Shown piece after piece: positions 48,163-56,856 of a stretch of 64,000 nt of DNA. The stretch is from assembly GCA_002816875.1 (NCBI GenBank), contig MUCP01000017.1:3030-67029 (forward strand), written 5' to 3'. The notes below the pieces were generated by a model, which worked only from the letters and a program-made list of their open reading frames with translations, was not told the DNA's origin and did not search any database. The position numbers and the translations under genes were made by a program. Each line of letters starts with the position of its first letter. The first letter of the stretch is position 1. Source of the DNA: SAR202 cluster bacterium Io17-Chloro-G2 (lineage in GTDB: Bacteria; Chloroflexota; Dehalococcoidia; Lucifugimonadales; UBA3495).

Positions 48163-49140
48163 ATGATGATTGAATCAGAGGTTAATATCAACTCATCCCA
48201 CTTTTACATGCGCAACCCAGATGTGGTTATCCTAGAAACTGATCAATCAACATTGTTCCTCGATGTCGAGGGGCATGTCCTCCGGCTTGATGGCGGCGAT
48301 CCGGTGAACTGCTCCCAATCACTTCAAAAACTGCTAGCTCCGACACCTGGCGCTGACCTCATCGGCCGGCTTACGAAAAACCCAAGTGTAGTCGCCAACA
48401 ACTTTCAACTACTTATTGAAAAGGGAATAATATTTGAGTCAGCTTCCCTAGCTGGTTTAGCAAAGCGACGGGATAGCGTATTCACCAATAACCTTGGGTA
48501 TTACCTTGAACGTGGTCAGCCAAGATGCAGGAACCTGGTATTAGGCATCACGGGCAGCGTGGTGTCAGGCCTTATGGCGCCTGTACTGCTAAGTTTGCTC
48601 TGCTCGGGCTTTCAAGAACAATTGGACGTGGTCCTTACTGAAACTGCGCTCAAGTTTGTAACCCGGGATTTGCTTGAGTCTTACGGCGTTCGAACCTGGG
48701 TGGATAAGTTCGAAAGGAGAGATGGGATCACAGTGCCTCACGTTTCCTTGGCTCAGTCCGCGGACTGTTTATTCGTAATGCCCGCTACTGCCGCCTGTTG
48801 TAGCCGTTTGGCCAGCGGCGATTGCTCTGACCTTTTGTCTTTAACGGTTGCTGCGACTACTGCTCCGGTGGTGTTGGCGCCAACCATGAACGAGGCGATG
48901 TGGAATCATCCACCGGTTCAGAGAAATATGCAGTTGCTACGCGAATCGGGTTTCTACATCGTGGAACCGAGCTTTATCTTCTCAGCAGCGGACATGAACA
49001 ATAAGGGCGCCCCCATGTATGGGGGGCCTGGCACATTTTGGCGTGGGCCATTGGGAGTGATGCACTCGATTTCCGCAGTGATCGAAGATCATTGTGATCG
49101 CCGGAGACTGGATGGCCCGAACATTCGTACGGCACAGTGA
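48163..49140 (+). CDS. HFCD-family flavoprotein (LanD/EpiD-like Cys decarboxylase) with N-terminal extra domain
   Basis: LGITGSV, PHVSLA..AD, PATA, APTMNEAMW; no CoaB domain and no LACG Cys clamp. Confidence 0.8.
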   Translation: MMIESEVNINSSHFYMRNPDVVILETDQSTLFLDVEGHVLRLDGGDPVNCSQSLQKLLAPTPGADLIGRLTKNPSVVANNFQLLIEKGIIFESASLAGLAKRRDSVFTNNLGYYLERGQPRCRNLVLGITGSVVSGLMAPVLLSLLCSGFQEQLDVVLTETALKFVTRDLLESYGVRTWVDKFERRDGITVPHVSLAQSADCLFVMPATAACCSRLASGDCSDLLSLTVAATTAPVVLAPTMNEAMWNHPPVQRNMQLLRESGFYIVEPSFIFSAADMNNKGAPMYGGPGTFWRGPLGVMHSISAVIEDHCDRRRLDGPNIRTAQ

Positions 49141-49166
49141 GTGCGTCAACCGTCTTCTTCTGACCG

Positions 49167-49925
49167 CTACTGGGCCGTCAGGCCGCCGTCTATGACCAGT
49201 TCACTACCGGTCATGAATGACGATTCGTCGGAGGCCAGGAACAACACCCCGTAGGCCACGTCTTCAGCCTGGCCCACGCGGCCCAAGGGGTGCCTGGAAG
49301 CGGATGTGTTGCGGCTGTCTTCATCGGCCATCAGGTTCGGCGCGGTCATGGGGGTGTCTATGATGCCGGGATGCACCGAGTTGGCCCTTATCCCCTCTTT
49401 GGCGTATTGGATGGCGGTTGACTTGGTGAACAAACGCACCGCGCCTTTTGACGCCCGGTACGCCGCCGACCTGGCGCCGCCCGTCAGGCCCGCTACCGAT
49501 GAGATGTTGATGATGGACCCTCCGCCGGCCTTCCGAATCTCCGGGATTGCCTGCTTAGTGCCTAGAAAGACACCCTTGGCGTTGATTTCCATCACCTGTT
49601 CCCACAGATCTTCGCTGGTTTCCTCTACACCTTGGGTTCGGAAGATCCCGGCATTATTCACCAGTATATCCAGCTTGCCGAACCGGGCTACAGTGGCCGC
49701 CACCGCCTGATCCCAACTGGATTCGCTGGTAACGTCGAGATTGAGGAACAGGCATTCGCCGCCGGTTTCGTTTATCTCGGCCTCAGTCTTACGTCCCTCG
49801 TCCTCCAACACGTCGCCGATGACCACTCGGGCCCCCTCTCCGGCGAATAGCCTGGCCTCCACGGCGCCCATACCCCTGGCGCCGCCGCTGATCAGCGCTA
49901 CTTTGTTGTCCAACCGGCCCATCAT
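49167..49925 (-). CDS. SDR oxidoreductase (3alpha,20beta-HSD/cyclopentanol dehydrogenase-like)
   Basis: SGGARGMG, NNAG, YRASK, NSVHPG, TGSELVIDGG. Confidence 0.9.
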   Translation of the reverse strand: MMGRLDNKVALISGGARGMGAVEARLFAGEGARVVIGDVLEDEGRKTEAEINETGGECLFLNLDVTSESSWDQAVAATVARFGKLDILVNNAGIFRTQGVEETSEDLWEQVMEINAKGVFLGTKQAIPEIRKAGGGSIINISSVAGLTGGARSAAYRASKGAVRLFTKSTAIQYAKEGIRANSVHPGIIDTPMTAPNLMADEDSRNTSASRHPLGRVGQAEDVAYGVLFLASDESSFMTGSELVIDGGLTAQ

Positions 49926-50208
49926 AGACCTCCAAGATCTGGGGATGGGTCGATTTTAGTGCTTGGGCCGCTTGAGTCAAGAGCCAGTGACCCCACGGCC
50001 ATGGCCTTCCCATAATCGCCACAGTCCCCACCAGACCTCCAACCCTAATCAAGGGCATCCCTCGCCCACCGGGAAAGGGATCGAGGGTAAGGGTGAATGT
50101 AGGTAGCGGCGACCCCAGACCCCCAACCAAGCCCTCGTTGACCGCCTTCAGCGCCGTCGATAAAATATGTGCAGGAATCTGATAGTAACTGCCGGGTTGG
50201 TGTTTTTG

Positions 50209-50745
50209 ATGCTTAAGCACGTCCGTCTTCGCATCACTCCAAGGGTGGGATCAGCGTTAACCGCGCTGGCCGTGCTTTTTTTCCTGGCGGCCTGCTCCAA
50301 CTTCTCCCAGCCGCCGGTCATGGCAAGCGACTTCCAGGTGACCCTTTTCACCGGCGAAGATTTCCGGCTTTCAGACCAATTGGGTAAAAAATCCGTGGTG
50401 CTGAATTTCTGGTACCCCTCATGTCCGCCTTGCCGGGCGGAAATGCCCGCGTTCCAAGCGGCATGGGAGCAAGTGCAGGAAGAGGGCGAGGATGTGGTGT
50501 TCCTGGGCTTATTTGTTCCCAGGGGGTTTGACTCGGAGCAAGACGCCAGGGACTTTGTGCAAGAAACGGGCCTGACCTACGATTTTGGCACCGACGCCGG
50601 TGGGATGGTCACCCAGGATTACAAGTTGGAATATTTCCCCAAGACCTTTTTCATCGACAAGACGGGCAAAGTGTTCAGCTCCATGATCAGCGCCTTAGAG
50701 GCCGAGGATATTATGCTCAAGGTCCGCGCTATGGGCCAGAGTTGA
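50209..50745 (+). CDS. TlpA/ResA-like thiol-disulfide oxidoreductase lipoprotein
   Basis: Lipobox LAAC, LNFWYPSCPPCRAEMP, FPKTFFID. Confidence 0.88.
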   Translation: MLKHVRLRITPRVGSALTALAVLFFLAACSNFSQPPVMASDFQVTLFTGEDFRLSDQLGKKSVVLNFWYPSCPPCRAEMPAFQAAWEQVQEEGEDVVFLGLFVPRGFDSEQDARDFVQETGLTYDFGTDAGGMVTQDYKLEYFPKTFFIDKTGKVFSSMISALEAEDIMLKVRAMGQS

Positions 50746-50798
50746 TTCGGCCTTCCTGCCCCGCGGTTCGGCCCGGATACCGTTACTGACGGCCCCCA

Positions 50799-51287
50799 AT
50801 GGACGTGCTGGATTGGATCTTGGTGGGTATCCGGTGGGTCCACGCCCTTGCGGCGGTGGCCTGGGTGGGTGGAAGCATTTTCTATGTGTTGGTGCTGCGG
50901 CCCAGCCAAAAGCGGTCCGGTACGGCTGGGTCACCGCAAGGCGATGCCACGGCCCAAGAGTTCCGGGGCTTGGTTAACACCGCCATCGGCGTGCTGCTGC
51001 TCACCGGAGTGATCCTGTCGGTAAGCAGGTTGACCGCCAGCGCGGCGACGGGTCCCTACATGGCGGTGCTGGCGGTAAAGATCGCGCTGGCCCTGTACAT
51101 GTTTTACACCGTGCGTTTTTTCCGGCGCCGCAGTTATCCCGATACCCCAACCATAGAAGGGGGAAGGTGGGCCAGGTGGCGGGCTAACCTGTCTGGAACC
51201 ACGGCCGTGCTGGTGATAGGCGTGGTGGTTTTCGGGTTGGCCGATGTGTTGGATGCGTTGTTCGAGGCCAAGCTGGCTGGTTCATAG
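50799..51287 (+). CDS. CopD-like four-helix membrane protein
   Basis: RWVHALAAVAWVGG, GVILS, LAVKI. Confidence 0.7.
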   Translation: MDVLDWILVGIRWVHALAAVAWVGGSIFYVLVLRPSQKRSGTAGSPQGDATAQEFRGLVNTAIGVLLLTGVILSVSRLTASAATGPYMAVLAVKIALALYMFYTVRFFRRRSYPDTPTIEGGRWARWRANLSGTTAVLVIGVVVFGLADVLDALFEAKLAGS

Positions 51288-51345
51288 CGGTCAGCATTCA
51301 GTTTAATAGTCAGGCACTGATAGCAGGAGCCTGGAGGGAAGGAAA

Positions 51346-51528
51346 TTGAAGAAAGAGTTGATGGAGATTTTGGCGTGCCCGGTTTGTAAGGGAGAGCTGG
51401 AGCTAAAGATTGAGGCGGAAGACGGCGAAGAGGTTATAACCGGCGGGCTGATCTGCCATAAATGCAATGAGACCTACCCCATAGAAGACGCCATCCCCAA
51501 CCTGTTGCCACCCAGTATGCGGGCCTAA
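51346..51528 (+). CDS. Trm112-family protein
   Basis: LACPVCKG, LICHKC..YPIEDAIPNLL. Confidence 0.9.
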   Translation: MKKELMEILACPVCKGELELKIEAEDGEEVITGGLICHKCNETYPIEDAIPNLLPPSMRA

Positions 51529-51605
51529 AGCTGTCAGCATTCAAGCTGACAGCTGCGCGTTGACAGCCTACGGTCATGACACCGGCCGCCCCGGCCTCAA
51601 ACTCT

Positions 51606-52154
51606 CTACGGACTGGGCACGGCGCCCAATTGGATCAGCAGTCCCAGAAGATCAATCTCGGACCACATTTCGGCGATCTTGCCGTTCTCCAGACGGTAGA
51701 TGTGAATCTCCGTCCAGGTCACCGCCGTCCCGCTGGGAGGGATGCCGTTGAACTCTCCTGTATGGGTGGCCCTGGCGGTTGTACGCTCGATCACCTTGTC
51801 CCCGTCTGCAAGCAGGTCATTCACAGTTACCTGTACGTCGGGAAATCCCGCGGTTATTGACTGGCCGACGAGTTTCAAGCCCTCTTTTCCCGCCGGTAGC
51901 CTTGGGTCTGGCAGGTGGTGAACGAACCCCGGGGTGAATAGTTCATCGACGATGCCGGCATTAGCGTTGTTCTTGAATTCCTCTATGAACCGGCTCACTA
52001 CGGCTCGGTTAGCCTCGGATCGGGCTACCTGGGGATCAGGCGCCTCCTGACCACCACACGCTCCCAGCACAACCGCCATCATTGCCACGGTCAGCAGAAT
52101 CGGCCATGATTTTAGCCTGCGCAGAGCGTTGGTTTGGTTGATAAGAGCACTCAT
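51606..52154 (-). CDS. SnoaL-like ester cyclase family lipoprotein
   Basis: Lipobox LGAC, NRAVVSRF, FPD, ADGDKV, THTGEF.GIPPSG, GKIAE.W. Confidence 0.85.
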   Translation of the reverse strand: MSALINQTNALRRLKSWPILLTVAMMAVVLGACGGQEAPDPQVARSEANRAVVSRFIEEFKNNANAGIVDELFTPGFVHHLPDPRLPAGKEGLKLVGQSITAGFPDVQVTVNDLLADGDKVIERTTARATHTGEFNGIPPSGTAVTWTEIHIYRLENGKIAEMWSEIDLLGLLIQLGAVPSP

Positions 52155-52318
52155 TCTAAGTGGACCTCCAAAACTTGTTGATGCCGGACGCACAACGTTC
52201 GCTGGCGCGAAACACCCTATCCACGCGCCAACTGGCTCAGAATGACATGTGAATACGACAGGACCAGGTTACTTCTGATTTGGAATCGCGCTTTAGGGGA
52301 CCGACGGAATAATGTGTA

Positions 52319-52352
52319 GCCGGCCTTCGCGGTTGGGGCAACGAAGGCCGGC
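52319..52352 (-). terminator. Stem-loop after the DUF1059 gene
   Basis: GCCGGCCTTCG...CGAAGGCCGGC 11-bp inverted repeat; no clear U-tract. Confidence 0.45.
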
Positions 52353-52361
52353 TGAGGGGCG

Positions 52362-52514
52362 CTATTCGGCGGGCTGCGCCATAGCCAGAGCGTCTTCCCG
52401 GCTGACTTCCCTTTGGTGCACCTCTTTACCGTGGGCTTGGACCAGCTTAACCAGCTCATCGTCCGTTTCACCGGTGATCTTTTCGCCGCAGGGGCAGTTA
52501 ACTACCTTAGCCAT
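52362..52514 (-). CDS. DUF1059-family small metal-binding protein (50 aa, absent from ORF track)
   Basis: MAKVVNCPCGEKITGETDDELVKLVQAHGKEVHQREVSREDALAMAQPAE*; GAAGGAG RBS. Confidence 0.85.
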   Translation of the reverse strand: MAKVVNCPCGEKITGETDDELVKLVQAHGKEVHQREVSREDALAMAQPAE

Positions 52515-52607
52515 GATTGTTCTCCTTCGCCTTGGAATAGGACGTTATAATACGACGCATAGTACAAGGTGGACCTTGGCAAATTTTTGGCAAAAGCTTG
52601 GCATGAT

Positions 52608-53369
52608 GTGGGCGTAAGAATCTACCTTACCGGGCGCCTGTCCATAGAAGCCTGCGGGAATGTTGTGGTTGAGGAGCGGCAATTCCGGGGCAAACAAGGG
52701 CGTCTGCTGTTTACCTACCTGGTATGGGAACGCACCAGACCCGTCTCCAAGGAGGAACTGGCCTCGGTGCTGTGGCCTGAAGACCTGTCTCCAGCGTGGG
52801 AAAGCGGATTAAGCTCACTCGCCAGCAAATTGGGCAGCATGCTGTCTTCGGAAGGCATGAAAGATCAAGGCTTGTCGCTGTCCCGGGGCTTGGGCCAGTA
52901 CCAAGTCCGGTTTCCTTCAGATGTATGGGTAGACGTGGAAGCGGCGACTTCCGCGCTGGACCGGGCGGAGGCCGCGGTGCGGACCGGGGACCCGGGTAGC
53001 GCGCTGGGCCCGGCTACCGTCGCCGTTTCCATCGCCGGCCGGCCGTTTTTGCCGGGGGTTACTGGAATCTGGCCCGACTCTCAACGAAGGAAGCTCGTGC
53101 GCCAGTTGGTGCGGGCTTTAGACTGCCTCAATGAGATGCAGCTAGCGGTCGGGGAAGCTCAATCAGCGGTGGAGACAGCGCTGAGAGCAGTGGACTTGGA
53201 CCCGTACCGGGAACGAACCTATCAGAGCCTGATGCGCGCCTACGCCGCCACCGGTAACCGGGCGGAAGCCGTCGGCGTCTACCATCGTTTTCGGGAATTG
53301 CTGGCAGCCGACCTCGGCACCGAGCCCTCTCCAGAGACCGAGGCAATCTATCTGAACCTTCTAGGCTAG
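52608..53369 (+). CDS. SARP/BTAD transcriptional activator
   Basis: Winged-helix N-terminus (LASVLWP), PFLPG, DPYRE..Y..LMRAY...GNRAEA, LGTEPSPET. Confidence 0.88.
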   Translation: MGVRIYLTGRLSIEACGNVVVEERQFRGKQGRLLFTYLVWERTRPVSKEELASVLWPEDLSPAWESGLSSLASKLGSMLSSEGMKDQGLSLSRGLGQYQVRFPSDVWVDVEAATSALDRAEAAVRTGDPGSALGPATVAVSIAGRPFLPGVTGIWPDSQRRKLVRQLVRALDCLNEMQLAVGEAQSAVETALRAVDLDPYRERTYQSLMRAYAATGNRAEAVGVYHRFRELLAADLGTEPSPETEAIYLNLLG

Positions 53370-53398
53370 GTCAATTCGAAGCTGTCAGCTTTATGCTG

Positions 53399-53938
53399 TT
53401 AGCTACCAGTCAATACGCCAACCACCAGTGGCGCAAGCTCTTCCGCTCGTTGGCGGATCTGCTCTCGGTTCAGGTTTTCGATAGGATGGGGAGTGAAGAT
53501 GGTGGGATAGTCTGGGGCGCCCCACATCTTGGCCATTCCCTGGGCCGTGGGAACGAACCTGTCGGTGCAAATGGTGGCGGAAGGGATACCTGAGTTCTCT
53601 ACGTGGATTCCGTCGTGCACACTGCACGCACTGCAGGAGCCTCAATCGCCAATGGCGATGATCACTGAATCGCACTCCTGAGCCAACTCCGCGATCGCCT
53701 TCGGATCGGCGGCTCGGGAGGCGCTGGGCTTGCGGTGCCACTTTACGTCAGAGATCTCGTAACGGGTCCGCAGCAGGTCAACCAACTCTTCCAGCAAGGC
53801 GTCGGCGTTGCGCTTGCTGTCGTCGATGATACCCAGCCTGGTTCCCGCCAACGTGGGGAGCCGGGGAGCGCCGTCGAATGGCGCAACGATGGCCTGGGTC
53901 GTTGGGTTGACTAAGACGTGCTCATTGCTCTGTGTCAT
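53399..53938 (-). CDS. UGSC-family selenoprotein (179 aa; in-frame TGA at 53642-53644 read as Sec)
   Basis: Two in-frame ORFs join as IIAIGD-U-GSCSACSVHDG..ENSGIP; GGAGG RBS before ATG 53938; SECIS-like hairpin after the TGA. Confidence 0.85.
53609..53638 (-). promoter_or_regulatory. Putative bacterial SECIS element
   Basis: UCC-ugca-GU-g-CGUGCA-[GUG]-UGCACG-AC-GGA; G-starting loop 19 nt after the UGA. Confidence 0.55.
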
Positions 53939-54059
53939 TTTCCAGGTTCCCTCCTGAACCAGACCTGACGGTGATGTTGGCCTGGCGGGGTGTTGAGTGA
54001 TTGTCGCAATCCTGCCCGATAAATGCAACGTGGGCTAAAGGCAAGATCGATTTAAACCA

Positions 54060-54665
54060 TTATAGCGGGTAGTCAAAGCGCGAGAACTCTCCGTATTTAC
54101 CGGTACATTCGAAGGACATGCCTTCCGCGATCAGTCGATGGGCCGCCGTGCTGCACATCTCTTGGACCTTGGACGTGAATCCCGTGGGCTTCTCCAGTGT
54201 GGCTGCCTCCACGTCGCCGGTCACAGGATTGATTATGGGCGTCAAGCTTAGCTCCAGGATCCCCGGCACTTCCAGTCTGCTGTTCAACCCGTCCAGATGC
54301 AGGTTGAATGGCGCGTAACGGAAGCCCAAAAAGTTGGAACTGAGATCGTGGAAGACGCCGAAGGGAGGAATCTTAACCAGCAACTCCTCGATGGCCGGCC
54401 TCCGGCCCGCCGGTACTTTCTCATCCACCAGTACCAGCGCGGTCCCATTGCCTTCGTGCACCGGGCCGGGAAAGGAACTTATCTGGCAAAATGTGGAGCC
54501 GTCCAGCGTGGTCCCTTCGTAGTGGCCGGTTTCCACGTGCCAGACGTAACTACCTTCGCATTTGACATAAGTAGGAGGCGCCTCGAAGTTGCAGGGGCAA
54601 CCCCAATCACAGTTACACCCGCCGAGAAGTTGACCTTTTAGCTGGTAGTTGGCCTGTCGGGACAC
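54060..54665 (-). CDS. DUF1326-family Cys-rich protein
   Basis: L.G....CNCDWGCPC......T...CEG...W.VETGHY, PGPVHEGN. Confidence 0.85.
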   Translation of the reverse strand: MSRQANYQLKGQLLGGCNCDWGCPCNFEAPPTYVKCEGSYVWHVETGHYEGTTLDGSTFCQISSFPGPVHEGNGTALVLVDEKVPAGRRPAIEELLVKIPPFGVFHDLSSNFLGFRYAPFNLHLDGLNSRLEVPGILELSLTPIINPVTGDVEAATLEKPTGFTSKVQEMCSTAAHRLIAEGMSFECTGKYGEFSRFDYPL

Positions 54666-54698
54666 CGGGCACTCCGGTAGCGATTGTCTTTTTGGTGG

Positions 54699-55757
54699 CT
54701 ATTTGACTTCCCTGGTGACTGCCGTCGAACCCACTTTGGGGCCCCAACTGGGAATCACCGACGACATGTTGGATTCCTCGCCGCCCGCGAATACCAGAAG
54801 AATGTCCTGGGGTTCCGGAATCAATGAGACGAAGGTTTCCGCATCTCCCGCATTGGGGTCTCCCGGAAAGACCTGCGCCTCTTTCAAGTCGGCCACCGAA
54901 CGGCGTATCCGGGAGTGAAGGTGCTCCCGAACCTGATCCTTGGTCCAATCCTGCCAGAGGTTGCTATTGCCAGCAACGGTCACCACGATCTGGCCCTGCC
55001 GCAGCCCGGCGGACCGGTCACCCACGGACCCGGAGGTGGACATGCTGGTGCCTAACGATGAAGCAACGTCGGCGATGGCGTGGAGTATGGCCTTGGGATG
55101 CCCGGTGGCCCGCACCTGCCGGGGACTTTCAGCGGCGAAAACCGTCACCGCGCTCTGGTCTGGAGCGAAGCCCCGGTCAACGTGGAGGGGTGTCCAGTGG
55201 GTTTCGGTCTCCGCCTCGGCAATGCAGTAGCTGTATTTGCCGGGATGTCCGATGACGCTACGGTCGAACAAGCCCGGCACGGCGGCGCAGGCGTTCATCA
55301 AGATCAGGCGGATGGCCCGGCCGATGGTGGCGTTGGCCCGGTTGCCAGGGCCGAATAGGTTGTTGCGGGAATTGATGTTCAGCCGCCGGGCCACCGGCCC
55401 GTTGACCATCACCAGCACGGCGGCGCCTCCCATGCTGGAAGACGGGCCCACCAGGTTAAATACGGGGTCAAGCATGGCCTGTGTAGCTGCCAAGACCACG
55501 GGCAGGTATTCGGGCAAACACCCCGCCATGACGGCGTTGGCCGCCACCTTGCCGGCGGTGATCTGGCGGCGGCGTTCCGGGATTTCCCCCACGGCATCAG
55601 AGCCGGCCAACCCCGCTAAATCCAAAAACTGGGCCACCCTGGCCTGGGTGGGAGGCACCACAGGAAGACCGTCGGTCCAACCCAGTTCATAGCACTTTTC
55701 GATGGCTTCCAGGGAATCGTCCCATTGGACGGTGGTGGTTTCGCCCAAGTCACTCAT
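54699..55757 (-). CDS. Uncharacterised 'GWTDGLPVVPPT' protein (typical neighbour of UGSC proteins)
   Basis: GWTDGLPVVPPT, ANAVMAGCLPEY, NRANATIGRAIRL, GHPGKY...AE, W.PLHV.RG. Confidence 0.85.
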   Translation of the reverse strand: MSDLGETTTVQWDDSLEAIEKCYELGWTDGLPVVPPTQARVAQFLDLAGLAGSDAVGEIPERRRQITAGKVAANAVMAGCLPEYLPVVLAATQAMLDPVFNLVGPSSSMGGAAVLVMVNGPVARRLNINSRNNLFGPGNRANATIGRAIRLILMNACAAVPGLFDRSVIGHPGKYSYCIAEAETETHWTPLHVDRGFAPDQSAVTVFAAESPRQVRATGHPKAILHAIADVASSLGTSMSTSGSVGDRSAGLRQGQIVVTVAGNSNLWQDWTKDQVREHLHSRIRRSVADLKEAQVFPGDPNAGDAETFVSLIPEPQDILLVFAGGEESNMSSVIPSWGPKVGSTAVTREVK

Positions 55758-55911
55758 AAGGCGGTCAGCCCTCAGCTTTCAGCGGTCGGCTTTTGGGCCA
55801 TTAAAGGACAACGTCTGCACCCGCCTGAGCATTCGATTGGATAAGATCGCTGCGATCAGAGAGTCACAACGGCCAGCTGTCATCTAACGGCTGACCGTCG
55901 ATCGCCCTGTT

Positions 55912-56856
55912 CTACCACTGCCGCGCGTATTTGGAGAGGCTGCGCAGTTCCCTGGGCGGGTCCATGTGCGAACCGCGGATAGTGTAGGACACCTCACCCA
56001 CGTATAGGTCGCCCTTGGAGTCCACGGCGATGCCGTGGGGGGCGATGAACTCACCGGAACCTTCGCCTTCTTCCTGTGCTCCAAACATGCAGACCCGGTT
56101 GCCATTCAGGTCGTAGACCGTGACCCGGTGCCCCAGGCCCGGCGCGCCGCCGGGAGGTCCTATGCCGTTGAGCTCGCCAACGTAGATGTGGTCTTGCCAA
56201 AGCACCATGGAGTCGGGCCGGTGGATGTTGTTCCACATGGTGATGAAGTTGCCCCTGGCGTCGAAGATCTGGATGCGGTGGGCTTCCCGGTCAACTACGT
56301 AGACTCTGTCGTTGCTGTCGACGGCGATGTTGTGGGGCCGCATGAACTGCCCGGCGTCGATTCCCGACTCGCCCCAAGAGAACTTGTAGTCTCCCGTTCC
56401 CGAATAGCAATGCACCCGGGAGTTGCCGTACCCGTCAGAGATATAAACGTCGCCGTTGCTGGGCATGATGGCCGCCGAAGTTGGGCGGTTGAAAGGCTGG
56501 CCGCTCCAGATGGGGGCCGGGTGGTTGCGCTCGCCGATCTCCATCAGCTTGTCGCCTTCCCGGTTGAACTTTTGGATCGTGTGGATGCCGTCGTCGGCGG
56601 CCAGGATGGAGTCGTCGTAGGCGATGTACAGGCCGTGGGTCCGGTTGCTGAAATCGCCTTCGCCAAAGCTGCGGATGTAATTGCCGTCCCGGTCGAACAC
56701 GATGATGGGGTGTTCTCCCCGGGTCAGCACGTAGACGTTGTCCTGGGAGTCCACCGCCACGCCGGGGCATTCCAAAAATTTCATATCAGCGGGCAGTTTG
56801 GCCCAATCGTCAACATGGGTGTAGAGAAAATTTCCCTCGCCGTAACTGTCAGCCAT
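55912..56856 (-). CDS. NHL-repeat beta-propeller, peptidyl-alpha-hydroxyglycine lyase-like
   Basis: GVAVDSQDNVYV, FNRPT, DGYGNSRV, F.RPHNIAVD, FIAPHGIAVDSKGDLYVGEV. Confidence 0.88.
   Translation of the reverse strand: MADSYGEGNFLYTHVDDWAKLPADMKFLECPGVAVDSQDNVYVLTRGEHPIIVFDRDGNYIRSFGEGDFSNRTHGLYIAYDDSILAADDGIHTIQKFNREGDKLMEIGERNHPAPIWSGQPFNRPTSAAIMPSNGDVYISDGYGNSRVHCYSGTGDYKFSWGESGIDAGQFMRPHNIAVDSNDRVYVVDREAHRIQIFDARGNFITMWNNIHRPDSMVLWQDHIYVGELNGIGPPGGAPGLGHRVTVYDLNGNRVCMFGAQEEGEGSGEFIAPHGIAVDSKGDLYVGEVSYTIRGSHMDPPRELRSLSKYARQW

Noticed and set aside
48079-49140. Annotation as coaBC/dfp
   Set aside because: No CoaB domain, no LACG clamp cysteine, extra N-terminal domain, atypical composition
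53399-54028. Two separate small hypothetical genes, or a nonsense pseudogene
   Set aside because: The stop is TGA exactly at the first position of a UxxC motif, both halves are in frame and intact, and a SECIS-like hairpin follows
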